64,000 bases of DNA from the NCBI GenBank assembly GCA_963693055.1, contig OY843751.1, forward strand, positions 3,200,001-3,264,000, written 5' to 3'. This DNA comes from a bacterium (GTDB lineage: Bacteria > Zhuqueibacterota > Zhuqueibacteria > Residuimicrobiales > Krinioviventaceae). Position 1 is the first letter of the stretch. Every line of letters begins with the position of its first letter. The notes below the pieces were generated by a model that saw nothing but the letters and a program-made list of their open reading frames with translations, ran no database searches and was not told the origin of the DNA. The position numbers were made by a program, and so were the translations under genes. Of the stretch, positions 49,201-58,178 are shown piece after piece.

Positions 49201-49856
49201 GCACCGCTGTTATCAAAAACGACCCAATCTACGTAACCACCAATAGCATCTCCAGATCCATCACCAATCTTGATGTAACTATCACCACTTGTTGATGTAG
49301 AAACACCACTAACAACAGCAACAGGCTCTTCATCAATATAAACAGTAGCTTCATCACCATTTACAGCAATGCGGTAGGTATGCCATTCGTACAGATCCAT
49401 ATCAACTTTGATCTCTACATCGGCTTTTTCCAACTCGATTGTGCTGTCAGCAGGCCAAATCCGCAATTCATCGCGGCTATTAGCATTTGCATTACGCCAT
49501 TGCAGGTCAAACGCGCGATCATAAACTGAACCCGTATCGGCTTTAACACGTGCAACCAGGGTAAAAGCAGAATCCGTATATGCTTCATCAAAATAATGAC
49601 GGTACATGGTCTTACCATCAGGATGAAGATATTTTAGAATTTTGTTGCCGGTGATAGCAGGATCATCAATAATTTCCTGAATGAATCCCTCACCGGGGGA
49701 ATTATCACTGACACTTGTCAGATCTAGCACATCACCGCCTGTTCCCGTTTCAGACGGCAATACACTTGCATCGTAAGTTAACCATTGTGCCTGCAACTGC
49801 GTTACAGCAAACAGCATAAATACGACGGTTAGTAGTACCAACCCTTTACTTTTCAT
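46206..49856 (-). CDS. secreted protein: five tandem ~220-aa concanavalin/LamG-like repeats plus T9SS type A CTD
   Basis: WLxYDASVLP...WHTYRI...IKIGDGSG..IGGYVDW repeated 5 times; NYPNPFNP CTD. Confidence 0.88.
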   Translation of the reverse strand: MKSKGLVLLTVVFMLFAVTQLQAQWLTYDASVLPSETGTGGDVLDLTSVSDNSPGEGFIQEIIDDPAITGNKILKYLHPDGKTMYRHYFDEAYTDSAFTLVARVKADTGSVYDRAFDLQWRNANANSRDELRIWPADSTIELEKADVEIKVDMDLYEWHTYRIAVNGDEATVYIDEEPVAVVSGVSTSTSGDSYIKIGDGSGDAIGGYVDWVVFDNSGAYAPGEGTAFPDDYFVDGLMDDVQKWLIYDASVLPSETGVGGDVLDLTSVSDNSPGAGFIQEIIDDVDISGNKLLKYLHPDGKTMYRHYFQETYTDSAFTLIARVKADTGSVYDRAFDLQWRNGNANSRDELRIWPADSTIELEKAEVEIKVDMNLYEWHTYRIAVNGDEATVYIDENPITVVSGVSGSTSGDNYIKIGDGSGDAIGGYVDWVIFDKAGAFAPGEGLEIPETLFVDGQENNVPSWLVYDASVLPEFTDGGGDTLDLTSVSDNSPGAGFIQEIVDDPEIAENKLLKYLHPDGKTMYRHYLDEAYEDSTLTMLIRMKGENNPETYDRVFDVQWRNGNAGTREELRVSPVDSTIELEKADISIKLDVDFYEWHTFRIVVNGDQADIYLDENDQPVLSGVSESASTDKYVKIGDGSGEAIGGYVDWFIMDVSGAYAPGEGLPVPGYLTVDTGPEPEIPHWLVYDASILPSETTSNGDTLDLSDVSQDAPGTTFIEQISDDAEIEGNKVLKYLQPDGTKMYRHNFAETFTDSSFTIFVRLKGVNHVAYDRVFDIQWRNGNANSREELRIWPADSTLELEKADVQVKVDLNLYSWHSYRIEVRGDSATVFVDERSTPYVAGRSTETSSDTYIKIGDGSGDAIGGYLDWIMVDFYGAHGANDGLAIPEGIYVDPYIAPIEPGWMVYDASVLPTDSDTNICTLDLSDLSQDAPGAEMVEEIIDDPDIEGNKIFKYLQPNGTRMYRYNFPEGYGEKAYTMIARIKGEADSTYDRIFDLQWRNANVGSRDELRIWGADSTLELEKSSVEVQGDFSLYEWHTIRVAISGDTSTIYIDENPVPFMVGVSGESNSDNYIKVGDGSGDAIGGYLDWCILDLSGAYGPDEGEPIPEELYVDKINTAIAYDTESTVPQTYDLKQNYPNPFNPVTVIPFQLPESGRVKITIYNTLGQQVAVLADRQYGAGRYQVSFNAANYSSGLYFFRMEVNNFTKVNKMMLLK
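46510..49784 (-). repeat. five intragenic tandem repeats of about 660 bp
   Basis: Repeat-start Trp codons at 49784, 49127, 48470, 47807, 47147 (periods 657, 657, 663, 660). Confidence 0.9.
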
Positions 49857-49930
49857 TTCTCCTCCTTTTTAGAAATTAAATTTGTCTACCCAATTTATTT
49901 AATTCTATTATAATCTTTTCCGGCAGGATG

Positions 49931-50950
49931 TCAAAAAGCAACACCTATTGAAAAACGGTTCACATTTTGGAACACCTCAAACTCCGAATAAGAGTAATCA
50001 AATAAAATCTTGTAACCACTAAAACCGGTTGCCAAACCCAAACCACATGACCAAGAAGCAATATCATGGTTGGTCTGATAACCTCCTCGAAACGCAATAC
50101 TTTTCATAAAAACATATTCAAGACCAAAGTTGGCCCGTTCTGTATAGTTGTTGGGATGCAGAAAATCAAATGCAAGCATCAATTCATTTTTATCATTTCT
50201 CAATGCAGGGAATACCTGAAAAACATCCATTGCAGCTCCCATGGTAAATAACAGGGGCAAAGGTTCATATACTTTTTCGCGTTTGAGATTTGAAGAAAAA
50301 TTACGAATAGCCATTCCAAAGCGCAGGCTCTTTAACCCGGTGTAATATTTTACACCGGCATCAAAAACCAGCTTTACCGCTTTATTTTCTATGGTTTCAC
50401 CGGTAGTAAAAGTATTGCTGCCCAGATTATGCTCAACATAACGGAGATTACCACCAATAAGGAAACGATCACTGATAGCGCGTCCATATGTCAAACCTAT
50501 TGCGATAGCGCCAACATCATCCAGGGCTCCATCATCTTTGTACCCCAGGGGATACATGCTGCTTTCTGCCTCTGTAATTAAGCTGGTTCCATTGATTGTT
50601 CCGTAATCTACCCAAAGCACACTCAGACCAAAGGAACCCATGTTTCCCGCATTCCAGACAATGGCATCTGCCATATAATTAATATCCGCAATCCAACGGG
50701 TATCACACATTTTAAAATCAAAGCGGGACGGAGATTCAACAATACCCGCAGGATTAAAAAATATACTTTCCGCACCTTCACCAACTGCAATAAATGTTTC
50801 ACCCAAAGCTGCCGCCCGGGGAGAAACATTGACCAGCAAAAAGTTCATGGTGCTCTGGCCAACCTTTTTCAACCCCACTTGCGCCGTAGCAATTGTACTG
50901 GCTGCAAGAATGATGACCAGGTTTAGCAGGATTATTTTATATAGTTTCAT
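49931..50950 (-). CDS. PorV/PorQ-like (UPF0164-type) outer-membrane barrel
   Basis: FLLVNVSPRAAALGE, IFFNPAG, WIADI, FRGGY, terminal F. Confidence 0.85.
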   Translation of the reverse strand: MKLYKIILLNLVIILAASTIATAQVGLKKVGQSTMNFLLVNVSPRAAALGETFIAVGEGAESIFFNPAGIVESPSRFDFKMCDTRWIADINYMADAIVWNAGNMGSFGLSVLWVDYGTINGTSLITEAESSMYPLGYKDDGALDDVGAIAIGLTYGRAISDRFLIGGNLRYVEHNLGSNTFTTGETIENKAVKLVFDAGVKYYTGLKSLRFGMAIRNFSSNLKREKVYEPLPLLFTMGAAMDVFQVFPALRNDKNELMLAFDFLHPNNYTERANFGLEYVFMKSIAFRGGYQTNHDIASWSCGLGLATGFSGYKILFDYSYSEFEVFQNVNRFSIGVAF

Positions 50951-50971
50951 TAAAGTCTCCTTGCTTCCGAA

Positions 50972-53134
50972 TTATCTAACGACAACGAGTTTTTGGTAAG
51001 AAACCTGTCCATCAGGGGTTTCAAAAACCGCGATATAAACGCCACTGTGTATCACCTGCTGGCTTGATGTTAACATGTCCCACTCGGTATGACCCGATTT
51101 AACAGGACTGTCGTGTTCCAATGTTTGCACAAGGTCACCATTTTCAGTAAAAATCTTGATTGTTACTTTGGCAGGCAGATTGAAAAACTGTACTGCGCGT
51201 TGATCGGTAAATCCATATTCAATCAACAAAGGATCGCTGATATTATAGGGATTGGGGACAATCCGGATTTTACTGAGATCATCCTGAGTAAAATGAGGTG
51301 GCTTAACCCATGAGATATTGGGGTCTAAAACGCGCGCACTGTAAATCACATTACCACGTGAAGCGGGATATGCGTTGGCATCATCATTTTCTACAAATGC
51401 CTTGGCTTGTACGTAATAATAGTAATGCGCGCCAATCAATACTTGTTTATCCACATACAAATGCTCAGCAGCAACATCATCAGGACCAGATGAATAGATT
51501 TCCTGGTACAATACTGTATCCATATTGGAAATCCGACGCATGATTCGGTAGCCGGCAAAATTCTCCATTGTTTCCGCTTCTTCATCTACCCACTTGATTT
51601 CTACACCTGTGCCCAGACCGGTAATCTCTACACTTGATGGTGGTGGCGGCGCCAGGGGTACTTTGTATCCATGATCAAAATTCCATTTGGCCCGGCTTGC
51701 GCTCTGCATTACAGAATCAACACCGGTACTAATCCAGCGATTTTTAATTTTGTCGCGTTCAGTTGCACCGGAAGGATATACAAAATTATCGGGGAAATAG
51801 CCAGTAACCGCATTGGGTATACCCGGAGGTTCTTCCAGATTATTTTTTGTCCATTTGTAACCAATTTCTTTGGATTTAGTAATACTCAATCCTGAATAAC
51901 CACTGGCATAAACCACGTGCAACTTTGTTCCGGGTAAAAATGTATAAGGGCCAAAACTGCTCCACATTTTGGAATCATTATTCTGATGCGTTCCCGCGGG
52001 GTGACTTGCAAAGTCGGCGCTACCCTGTTCATCACTGTTACCACCGTGATAAGTATCCGGCCAGGTATTTCCACCCATGGGAAAATATTCCGAATACCCG
52101 CCACGAATGGCCCAAAAATTCTTGCTGCCGAATTCATCACCCTGTTCGTTATAAGGAATCAGGTTATCTTTACCTATATAGGTTACTTTGGGCTGCAGAA
52201 AATCATCCTGATCATTAACATCAAATGTATAGGGTTCTTCTGACGCATGCAAAATAGAATACCAGATAAATTTTGAATTGAGCAGTCGTCCATTCTGTGA
52301 AACAGCAGGTGCACCCATATCATCACCGGTAGTTTCAGGATCATCTGCGCTGTATTCATAAAAAACACGAAGAGAATCACCTACACGGCCGCCATAATAA
52401 TGCTGCCAGGTAATTGAAGGATCAAAACGCTCTCCGGATGCAGGTGCCGGATTATTTCCATAGGAACGCAAAGTATTACTACCATTGAGCTGCATATTGA
52501 TAAAAAAGTCCGTCAATGTGTCATCTGAAACATTGGTAAACGTTACGTCTGTAATGATATAATCATTATGAAAATTCTGAGACCAAGCCATAATCGTTCG
52601 ATCAATCAGAACTCCCAGAATATTTTCAGTCGTCACTTTTATGATTTGATCACAAGTTAATTCTCCAAATTGAGCGGGATCAATCTCGCCGAATGGATCA
52701 ATAGTAGATTCTTCAAAATCCACTACCCTGTCCGCATAAGTATAACGAACATAATTTGTCATGGGCTCAACAACTTTACCCACAGGTTGAAAGTCATTAG
52801 TTGGGCCATATACAGCAACGGTATGAAGTGAATCAATAGGATCCACCCAATCTGTGGTTGCCAGCAGTATTCCACCGCCTACCCAGGCATCGCGATATTG
52901 TCCCCGGGCGCCCAGTATATCAAAATCATTGGGAAAGAATCCTGCCCGAAAATCAAAGCTGCCTTTATCTCCGTTAGCAGTAACACCGCTCCACACAGTT
53001 CCCATACGGATCTGTGCTTTTTCCAGTTCTGCCTGCGTTTGTGAAAAGGCATTCACAAACATGAACAACAGCAGGAACAGGGTTACAGAGATTGTAATAA
53101 TTCTGTTATGATAACAGGGTTTTGGAAAATTCAT
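50972..53134 (-). CDS. secreted hypothetical protein with FN3-like domain and sorting-type CTD (TBDT partner)
   Basis: Signal peptide without lipobox; APPPP, FAGYRI, YYYYVQA; CTD IRIVPNPY..FFNLP..IFTENGDLV..WD..SGVYI..KLVVVR. Confidence 0.8.
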   Translation of the reverse strand: MNFPKPCYHNRIITISVTLFLLLFMFVNAFSQTQAELEKAQIRMGTVWSGVTANGDKGSFDFRAGFFPNDFDILGARGQYRDAWVGGGILLATTDWVDPIDSLHTVAVYGPTNDFQPVGKVVEPMTNYVRYTYADRVVDFEESTIDPFGEIDPAQFGELTCDQIIKVTTENILGVLIDRTIMAWSQNFHNDYIITDVTFTNVSDDTLTDFFINMQLNGSNTLRSYGNNPAPASGERFDPSITWQHYYGGRVGDSLRVFYEYSADDPETTGDDMGAPAVSQNGRLLNSKFIWYSILHASEEPYTFDVNDQDDFLQPKVTYIGKDNLIPYNEQGDEFGSKNFWAIRGGYSEYFPMGGNTWPDTYHGGNSDEQGSADFASHPAGTHQNNDSKMWSSFGPYTFLPGTKLHVVYASGYSGLSITKSKEIGYKWTKNNLEEPPGIPNAVTGYFPDNFVYPSGATERDKIKNRWISTGVDSVMQSASRAKWNFDHGYKVPLAPPPPSSVEITGLGTGVEIKWVDEEAETMENFAGYRIMRRISNMDTVLYQEIYSSGPDDVAAEHLYVDKQVLIGAHYYYYVQAKAFVENDDANAYPASRGNVIYSARVLDPNISWVKPPHFTQDDLSKIRIVPNPYNISDPLLIEYGFTDQRAVQFFNLPAKVTIKIFTENGDLVQTLEHDSPVKSGHTEWDMLTSSQQVIHSGVYIAVFETPDGQVSYQKLVVVR

Positions 53135-53172
53135 ATAAACTCCATCCCATTTTAATATCGAACTCGATTAAA

Positions 53173-56100
53173 TTAAAAATTGAAACGTAAACCAAACCAT
53201 ATATCACGAGGTTGCCCATAAAGCCAATAGGTATTGATGGGATCGTTGATATAGGGTTTATCTTCTGAACGTAGATCACCAATCTTGTCATCACCGGGGA
53301 GATAATACCCTTCATGCTGTTCACGAAGATTATCATATTTCGGTGAATCATATTCGGGTAATTTCAAAGAAGCCATATAGTTTATAAAATCTGAACGTTC
53401 ATCAAGATCCTGACCAGAGACATATTCAAACGCATATCCACGGTGCATGATACTATTCTTTATATTGAAAACGTTACTTACATCCACATAAAAAGTAGTA
53501 TTGATATTGGCAACCTTGAATGTTTTGGCAATTTTCAAATCTACCATATAGAATGAAGGCCAGCGCATATTGTCGTTCACATAGGGTTCGTCTAGTGGAT
53601 TCCAGGTAAAATAATCACCCGCTTCCCACTCGGCAAAAAATGTAATATTCCATCCACCCAATGGACTGCTGCCCATTATTTCAGGACCAAAACTAAGCGG
53701 CGAACGAAAAGTAACATTTGCATTTAGCTGGGGGATTGGTAATGAGCGGGTTTCCTGTCCTTCGTACAAACCTTCCCGATCATCCAAAACATCTTCTTCA
53801 GTATACTCTTCACGTCCCGTCAGACCTGATTTTTTCAGCATATAATTGAAATTTAACCAGCCATTAATCCAACTGTTATCCTGTTTCGAGATATTGAGTT
53901 CAAATCCCTGAATGTCTTCATATTGGTTATTCATCCAGAAATCATAATCAATACCTTCGCTATTCTTGTAATTCACATCTCCATTCTCACCAGTAACATC
54001 TTTGGAGTATCCGGAGAGTTTTACAACATAGCTTTCCATAACATTCAATGCAGCGCCCAACTCGTACGATATAGTTCTTGGTGGCGCCAGGTTGGGGTTC
54101 GCCATATCATATAATCCGTTCTTGGTGTAACGGTAACGATATAAATACATGGTGGAATAAGGAGGATTAGAGCGAAAATGTCCGTAATTGAAATAAAATT
54201 TAGAATTAACTGTAATGGGAAAAGATACACCAATACGCGGACTGACAGTGAAATGGTTTTCAATAGGTTTCAGAAAACCCGGGTGTTCCTTGTCATACGC
54301 TTCCCACAAATCCCAGATATATGATCTGCCCTGTTCCAGGTAATCAAACAATACTGAATCTTCAGCAAAATTCTGCGGTGTAAACATTTCAACATTATAA
54401 GCATCACCAGAGGGCCACTTGCCTCCGCCGCCATAATAATAATCAAAACGTAGACCTACATTGGCAACGATTTGAGAATAACTCATCTGGTCTTGTATAA
54501 AAAAGCCGGTCTGGCTTGGAGTTCGGTGATAATTGAATTCGTATACATTATAATAATTCTCGTTCCATTTCTGCCAATGTTGATGATCAAGATCCATATA
54601 ATTGTATTCAAAACCTGCTTTGGCATAATGGTTTGAACCAAATTGTGAGGTTAGTTCAAATTTTGCACGATACTGGGTTGTGCTGGTATTATCGTACAAG
54701 TCTCCCTCTTTACGTCTAAATCGTCTTGAAAGGCCTGGCAGAGCATCATAACTGGGATACTCGTAACCATCAAGCCTATTGATGCCGTATTGCATTTTCC
54801 CATAGGGCATTTCAGATACGGGGAAAGGTCCAAAATATGTCAGAATAGTATTATCACGGGTATTGCCGGTTGGTGTATCATTCTTTATATTTAAAGCGCT
54901 TAGGGTCAATTCCCAGAACATGGTAGGATTGAGTATATGGTTTACTGTTAAACCACCCATCATTGTCTTTTGCTTCAGGATAGGAAAAAACGGTTGGTCA
55001 TACCAATAATCAGGATTTTTATACACATATTTAACATTATTGATGGGCATAAAACCACCTTCACGACTGGCATCCGGGAAATCACCCCATGCCGGCCGAA
55101 TCGGGCTAATACCTTCCTGATCTTTCATTAACCCGTTAAAAGTTAATGAAAGATTTTCAGAAGGCTGGGCTTTCATTGTTGCCAAGGTGGTGTAGGTTTT
55201 CTCACTGCGACGTGTGACCGGCATTACATAATGCCTTTCACGTGAATTGTTAGAGATATAAAAAGTGGCATTTCCAAGCATTTTACCAACAAGAGGTACC
55301 GGGCCGCCAAAACCACCATCAAAATTCCAATCGCTACCATCTTCCTGCATTTTGTGTTCTGCAAATAGCTTTTTATGCTCATCTGAAACCGTATAGCCCA
55401 ATTCAGCAAGACCTTCATAATCTGGCTCTGCCATGTGCATCCAGGCGGCTAATAGATAATAATCTAATGGAGTCGCCTGGTCTTCCGGCTCTTTGCCCAT
55501 ATTATAGATTTGAGCTGCGGTATTCCATCCCATAAAACTGAGATGCTGTTCACGCAGATAATCATTATCTTTCCATGCTTCTTCTGTCCCTACAAAAGCT
55601 ACATTGGGATCAAGTAACGGACGTAAAGCAGGGCCATTGGGATCATAAAAAGAAGGTCCAAAACGGCGTATATGAGAATTATCCATTGACATCTGAACCG
55701 TTCCATGATAACCGTCATGCGTTCCGCTTTTGGTTGTTACATTGATCAGGCCTGAACGGAAATTGCCATATTCTGCATTATAACCACCGGAAAGTAACGA
55801 CACCTGTTCTACCGCACTGAGTGGAATGCTGGTTTCGGCATTACCCACAGCAGCATTCATATAAGATAATCCATTAACCATCATGCCCGTTTGATCAGCA
55901 GAACCGCCGCGGATGGTCAGGTATCCATTATTTTCTGAAACACCCGGTAATTTTGACAGGAATGAATTAATTTCACGGATACCGGTAGCATCCTGCAATT
56001 GAACATCCGAAACCACCAATTGCGTGTTAGAGACCTCAACATGTAGCTGGTCTTTTTCAGCCAGCACTACAACTTCGGAGCCTTGAAGTACCTGCGAACT

Positions 56101-56424
56101 GAGTGAAAAATTTATCTCGGCTTTACGATTGAGCGAAACCATAAGGTCTTTTTTGACCTGGGTTTCATACCCCATCATGGTTGCTCTGACAGTATACTTA
56201 CCCACCGGAACATTGATTATGATAAAATGCCCATTCAGGTCTGTCGCGGCCCCCAAATTGGTCCCTTCAATCATCACATTGGCACCTGCCAATGGATCAC
56301 CTGTACCCGCTTCTTTTACGGTACCGGCAATTCGACTTCGGGTTTGAGCAAAACCAATGCTGCTTGCAAAAAGTATCAGCAGCAAAATTACAGGGCCCCG
56401 TTTAAAAAAATGATTTTTTAACAT
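53173..56424 (-). CDS. TonB-dependent transporter with N-terminal carboxypeptidase-regulatory-like domain
   Basis: IAGTV..PLAGANV..GAATDLNG, plug IRGG..GGYNAEYG, SPRIGVSFP, terminal PRDIWFGLRFNF. Confidence 0.93.
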   Translation of the reverse strand: MLKNHFFKRGPVILLLILFASSIGFAQTRSRIAGTVKEAGTGDPLAGANVMIEGTNLGAATDLNGHFIIINVPVGKYTVRATMMGYETQVKKDLMVSLNRKAEINFSLSSQVLQGSEVVVLAEKDQLHVEVSNTQLVVSDVQLQDATGIREINSFLSKLPGVSENNGYLTIRGGSADQTGMMVNGLSYMNAAVGNAETSIPLSAVEQVSLLSGGYNAEYGNFRSGLINVTTKSGTHDGYHGTVQMSMDNSHIRRFGPSFYDPNGPALRPLLDPNVAFVGTEEAWKDNDYLREQHLSFMGWNTAAQIYNMGKEPEDQATPLDYYLLAAWMHMAEPDYEGLAELGYTVSDEHKKLFAEHKMQEDGSDWNFDGGFGGPVPLVGKMLGNATFYISNNSRERHYVMPVTRRSEKTYTTLATMKAQPSENLSLTFNGLMKDQEGISPIRPAWGDFPDASREGGFMPINNVKYVYKNPDYWYDQPFFPILKQKTMMGGLTVNHILNPTMFWELTLSALNIKNDTPTGNTRDNTILTYFGPFPVSEMPYGKMQYGINRLDGYEYPSYDALPGLSRRFRRKEGDLYDNTSTTQYRAKFELTSQFGSNHYAKAGFEYNYMDLDHQHWQKWNENYYNVYEFNYHRTPSQTGFFIQDQMSYSQIVANVGLRFDYYYGGGGKWPSGDAYNVEMFTPQNFAEDSVLFDYLEQGRSYIWDLWEAYDKEHPGFLKPIENHFTVSPRIGVSFPITVNSKFYFNYGHFRSNPPYSTMYLYRYRYTKNGLYDMANPNLAPPRTISYELGAALNVMESYVVKLSGYSKDVTGENGDVNYKNSEGIDYDFWMNNQYEDIQGFELNISKQDNSWINGWLNFNYMLKKSGLTGREEYTEEDVLDDREGLYEGQETRSLPIPQLNANVTFRSPLSFGPEIMGSSPLGGWNITFFAEWEAGDYFTWNPLDEPYVNDNMRWPSFYMVDLKIAKTFKVANINTTFYVDVSNVFNIKNSIMHRGYAFEYVSGQDLDERSDFINYMASLKLPEYDSPKYDNLREQHEGYYLPGDDKIGDLRSEDKPYINDPINTYWLYGQPRDIWFGLRFNF

Positions 56425-56469
56425 TTATCTCTCCCTTGAACAAGTACAACTTACCTGTTCTGACAGCCA

Positions 56470-58140
56470 TCATCGAATTAATTGCATTTTTATAATTTTA
56501 GAGCGGTTGCCGTAACGCAAATATGCAAAATACAATCCTGAACTCACTTGCACATTATATTCATTTGTACCATTCCAATTCAGTTCATATGCACCATTAT
56601 TTTGAAAACCTTCTAAAAGTTTCTTAACCAGTCGTCCTCTCACATCATAGATGCCCAGTGACACATATTCAGGGGTCGGAATACTAAAGGAAATTGTAGT
56701 AGTGGGATTGAACGGATTGGGATAGTTTCTCAACAGTACAAGACTTGCTGGCACAGTTGCTTCTTTTATATCTGTAGTTGAATTGGGAACCAGGCTATTG
56801 ATATAATTTTCCAACATGGTATATCCATTTTCATCTACCACATTGCGGTCGGTATCATCATTCGGATTCAGGTTATGTTCCAACTCCCAATCATCCGGCA
56901 TGCCATCGTGATCTGAATCAACAGGAGCTGCAAGACTGGATAAAACAGGCCATCCACCAACATCATTCTGGCTGTCAATTATACCCCGAATAATGGTTGT
57001 ATCTGACAAATTTTGGATCTCTTCATATCCCGGACCTTCAAAAGTTGCTGTTCCAGATTCAACTTCTGAGATTATTCGGGCATCTATAGGGTCACGAGCC
57101 GGCAAAGTTGCGCCAACATCTGCCAATACACTGAGGAATGCCTCTTCTGCAGTTTGAGTGGTAACTGTTGTAAATGGAAATGGTTCATCAACACCAATAA
57201 TAGATTTAACGGCTGAACTTCCCTGAACTCCTCCAGCCCAATTGTCATTTGTAATATTGGGTGAACCTACAACATAATTATCTTCAATATACCACCTACC
57301 CGCAGTACCTGAAGGTTCACAAATTCTAAATTTAACACTGCTTTTGGTAGCCGGACCGGATTTATAATAATTGGCAATCATGTTAATTGTACCGGCTTCA
57401 CCGCCATAAGCACTGTTAAATCCCCAATTATAGATCACATTGTTTCGATAGTCTACATTTTTACAGGTTGAAGTCTGACCTCCGGCAAATCTCGGATTTC
57501 TGCTGGAATGATGCGCAAACAGATTGTGATGGAAAGAAGCATCTTCACCACCCCAAATACCTCCGTAACCATGTGCACCTTTGGAATGATTCGAGTTGTA
57601 CAAACTTTCAGAGATTAAACACCACTGAACGGTAAGACTGTCAATTCCATAATAAGACAATCCTTCATCCACACTCCAGCTTGCTGAACAATGATCAAGA
57701 ATTACACTCTTGCAATAACGTCCCCATGTTGCATCAGACTCTTCTCCGGATTCATCACCCAATCGAAACCGCATATAACGAATTATCACTTCATTGTGGT
57801 TTACATATAAAGTATGGTCTTTAATGCATATTCCGTCGCCAGGGGCAGTTTGACCGGCAATGGTAATATAGGGACTTTTTATTTTGAGATCAGATTCCAG
57901 AGCAATGGTACCGGATACCCGAAAAACTACAGTTCTAGGGCCGCTGGCTTCAATAGCTTCCCGTAAACTGCCAGGGCCACTGTCATTTAAATTGGTTACT
58001 TCATAGACCTCTCCACCACGGCCGCCTTTTGTATACATGCCTGCTCCTTCAGCGCCCGGGAAAGCAGTTACCCGGGCGTATGTAAAGGAAGAAAAAATCA
58101 ACAAACATGAAATTATATATTTAGTTAAATTGAATTTCAC
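56470..58140 (-). CDS. pectate lyase family PL1 with T9SS/FlgD-Ig CTD
   Basis: AFPGAEGAG..GGRGG, IAGQTAPGDG, DHCSASWSVDE, SRNPR, DSDHDGMPDDWE; NYPNPFNP. Confidence 0.92.
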   Translation of the reverse strand: MKFNLTKYIISCLLIFSSFTYARVTAFPGAEGAGMYTKGGRGGEVYEVTNLNDSGPGSLREAIEASGPRTVVFRVSGTIALESDLKIKSPYITIAGQTAPGDGICIKDHTLYVNHNEVIIRYMRFRLGDESGEESDATWGRYCKSVILDHCSASWSVDEGLSYYGIDSLTVQWCLISESLYNSNHSKGAHGYGGIWGGEDASFHHNLFAHHSSRNPRFAGGQTSTCKNVDYRNNVIYNWGFNSAYGGEAGTINMIANYYKSGPATKSSVKFRICEPSGTAGRWYIEDNYVVGSPNITNDNWAGGVQGSSAVKSIIGVDEPFPFTTVTTQTAEEAFLSVLADVGATLPARDPIDARIISEVESGTATFEGPGYEEIQNLSDTTIIRGIIDSQNDVGGWPVLSSLAAPVDSDHDGMPDDWELEHNLNPNDDTDRNVVDENGYTMLENYINSLVPNSTTDIKEATVPASLVLLRNYPNPFNPTTTISFSIPTPEYVSLGIYDVRGRLVKKLLEGFQNNGAYELNWNGTNEYNVQVSSGLYFAYLRYGNRSKIIKMQLIR

Positions 58141-58178
58141 AATATTCCTCTCAACATCTCGTAATCCATACCAATCTA

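Noticed and set aside
46510-49784. Long direct repeats as CRISPR, mobile element or assembly duplication
   Set aside because: They are in-frame ~660-bp protein domain repeats with many synonymous differences; no spacers or transposase
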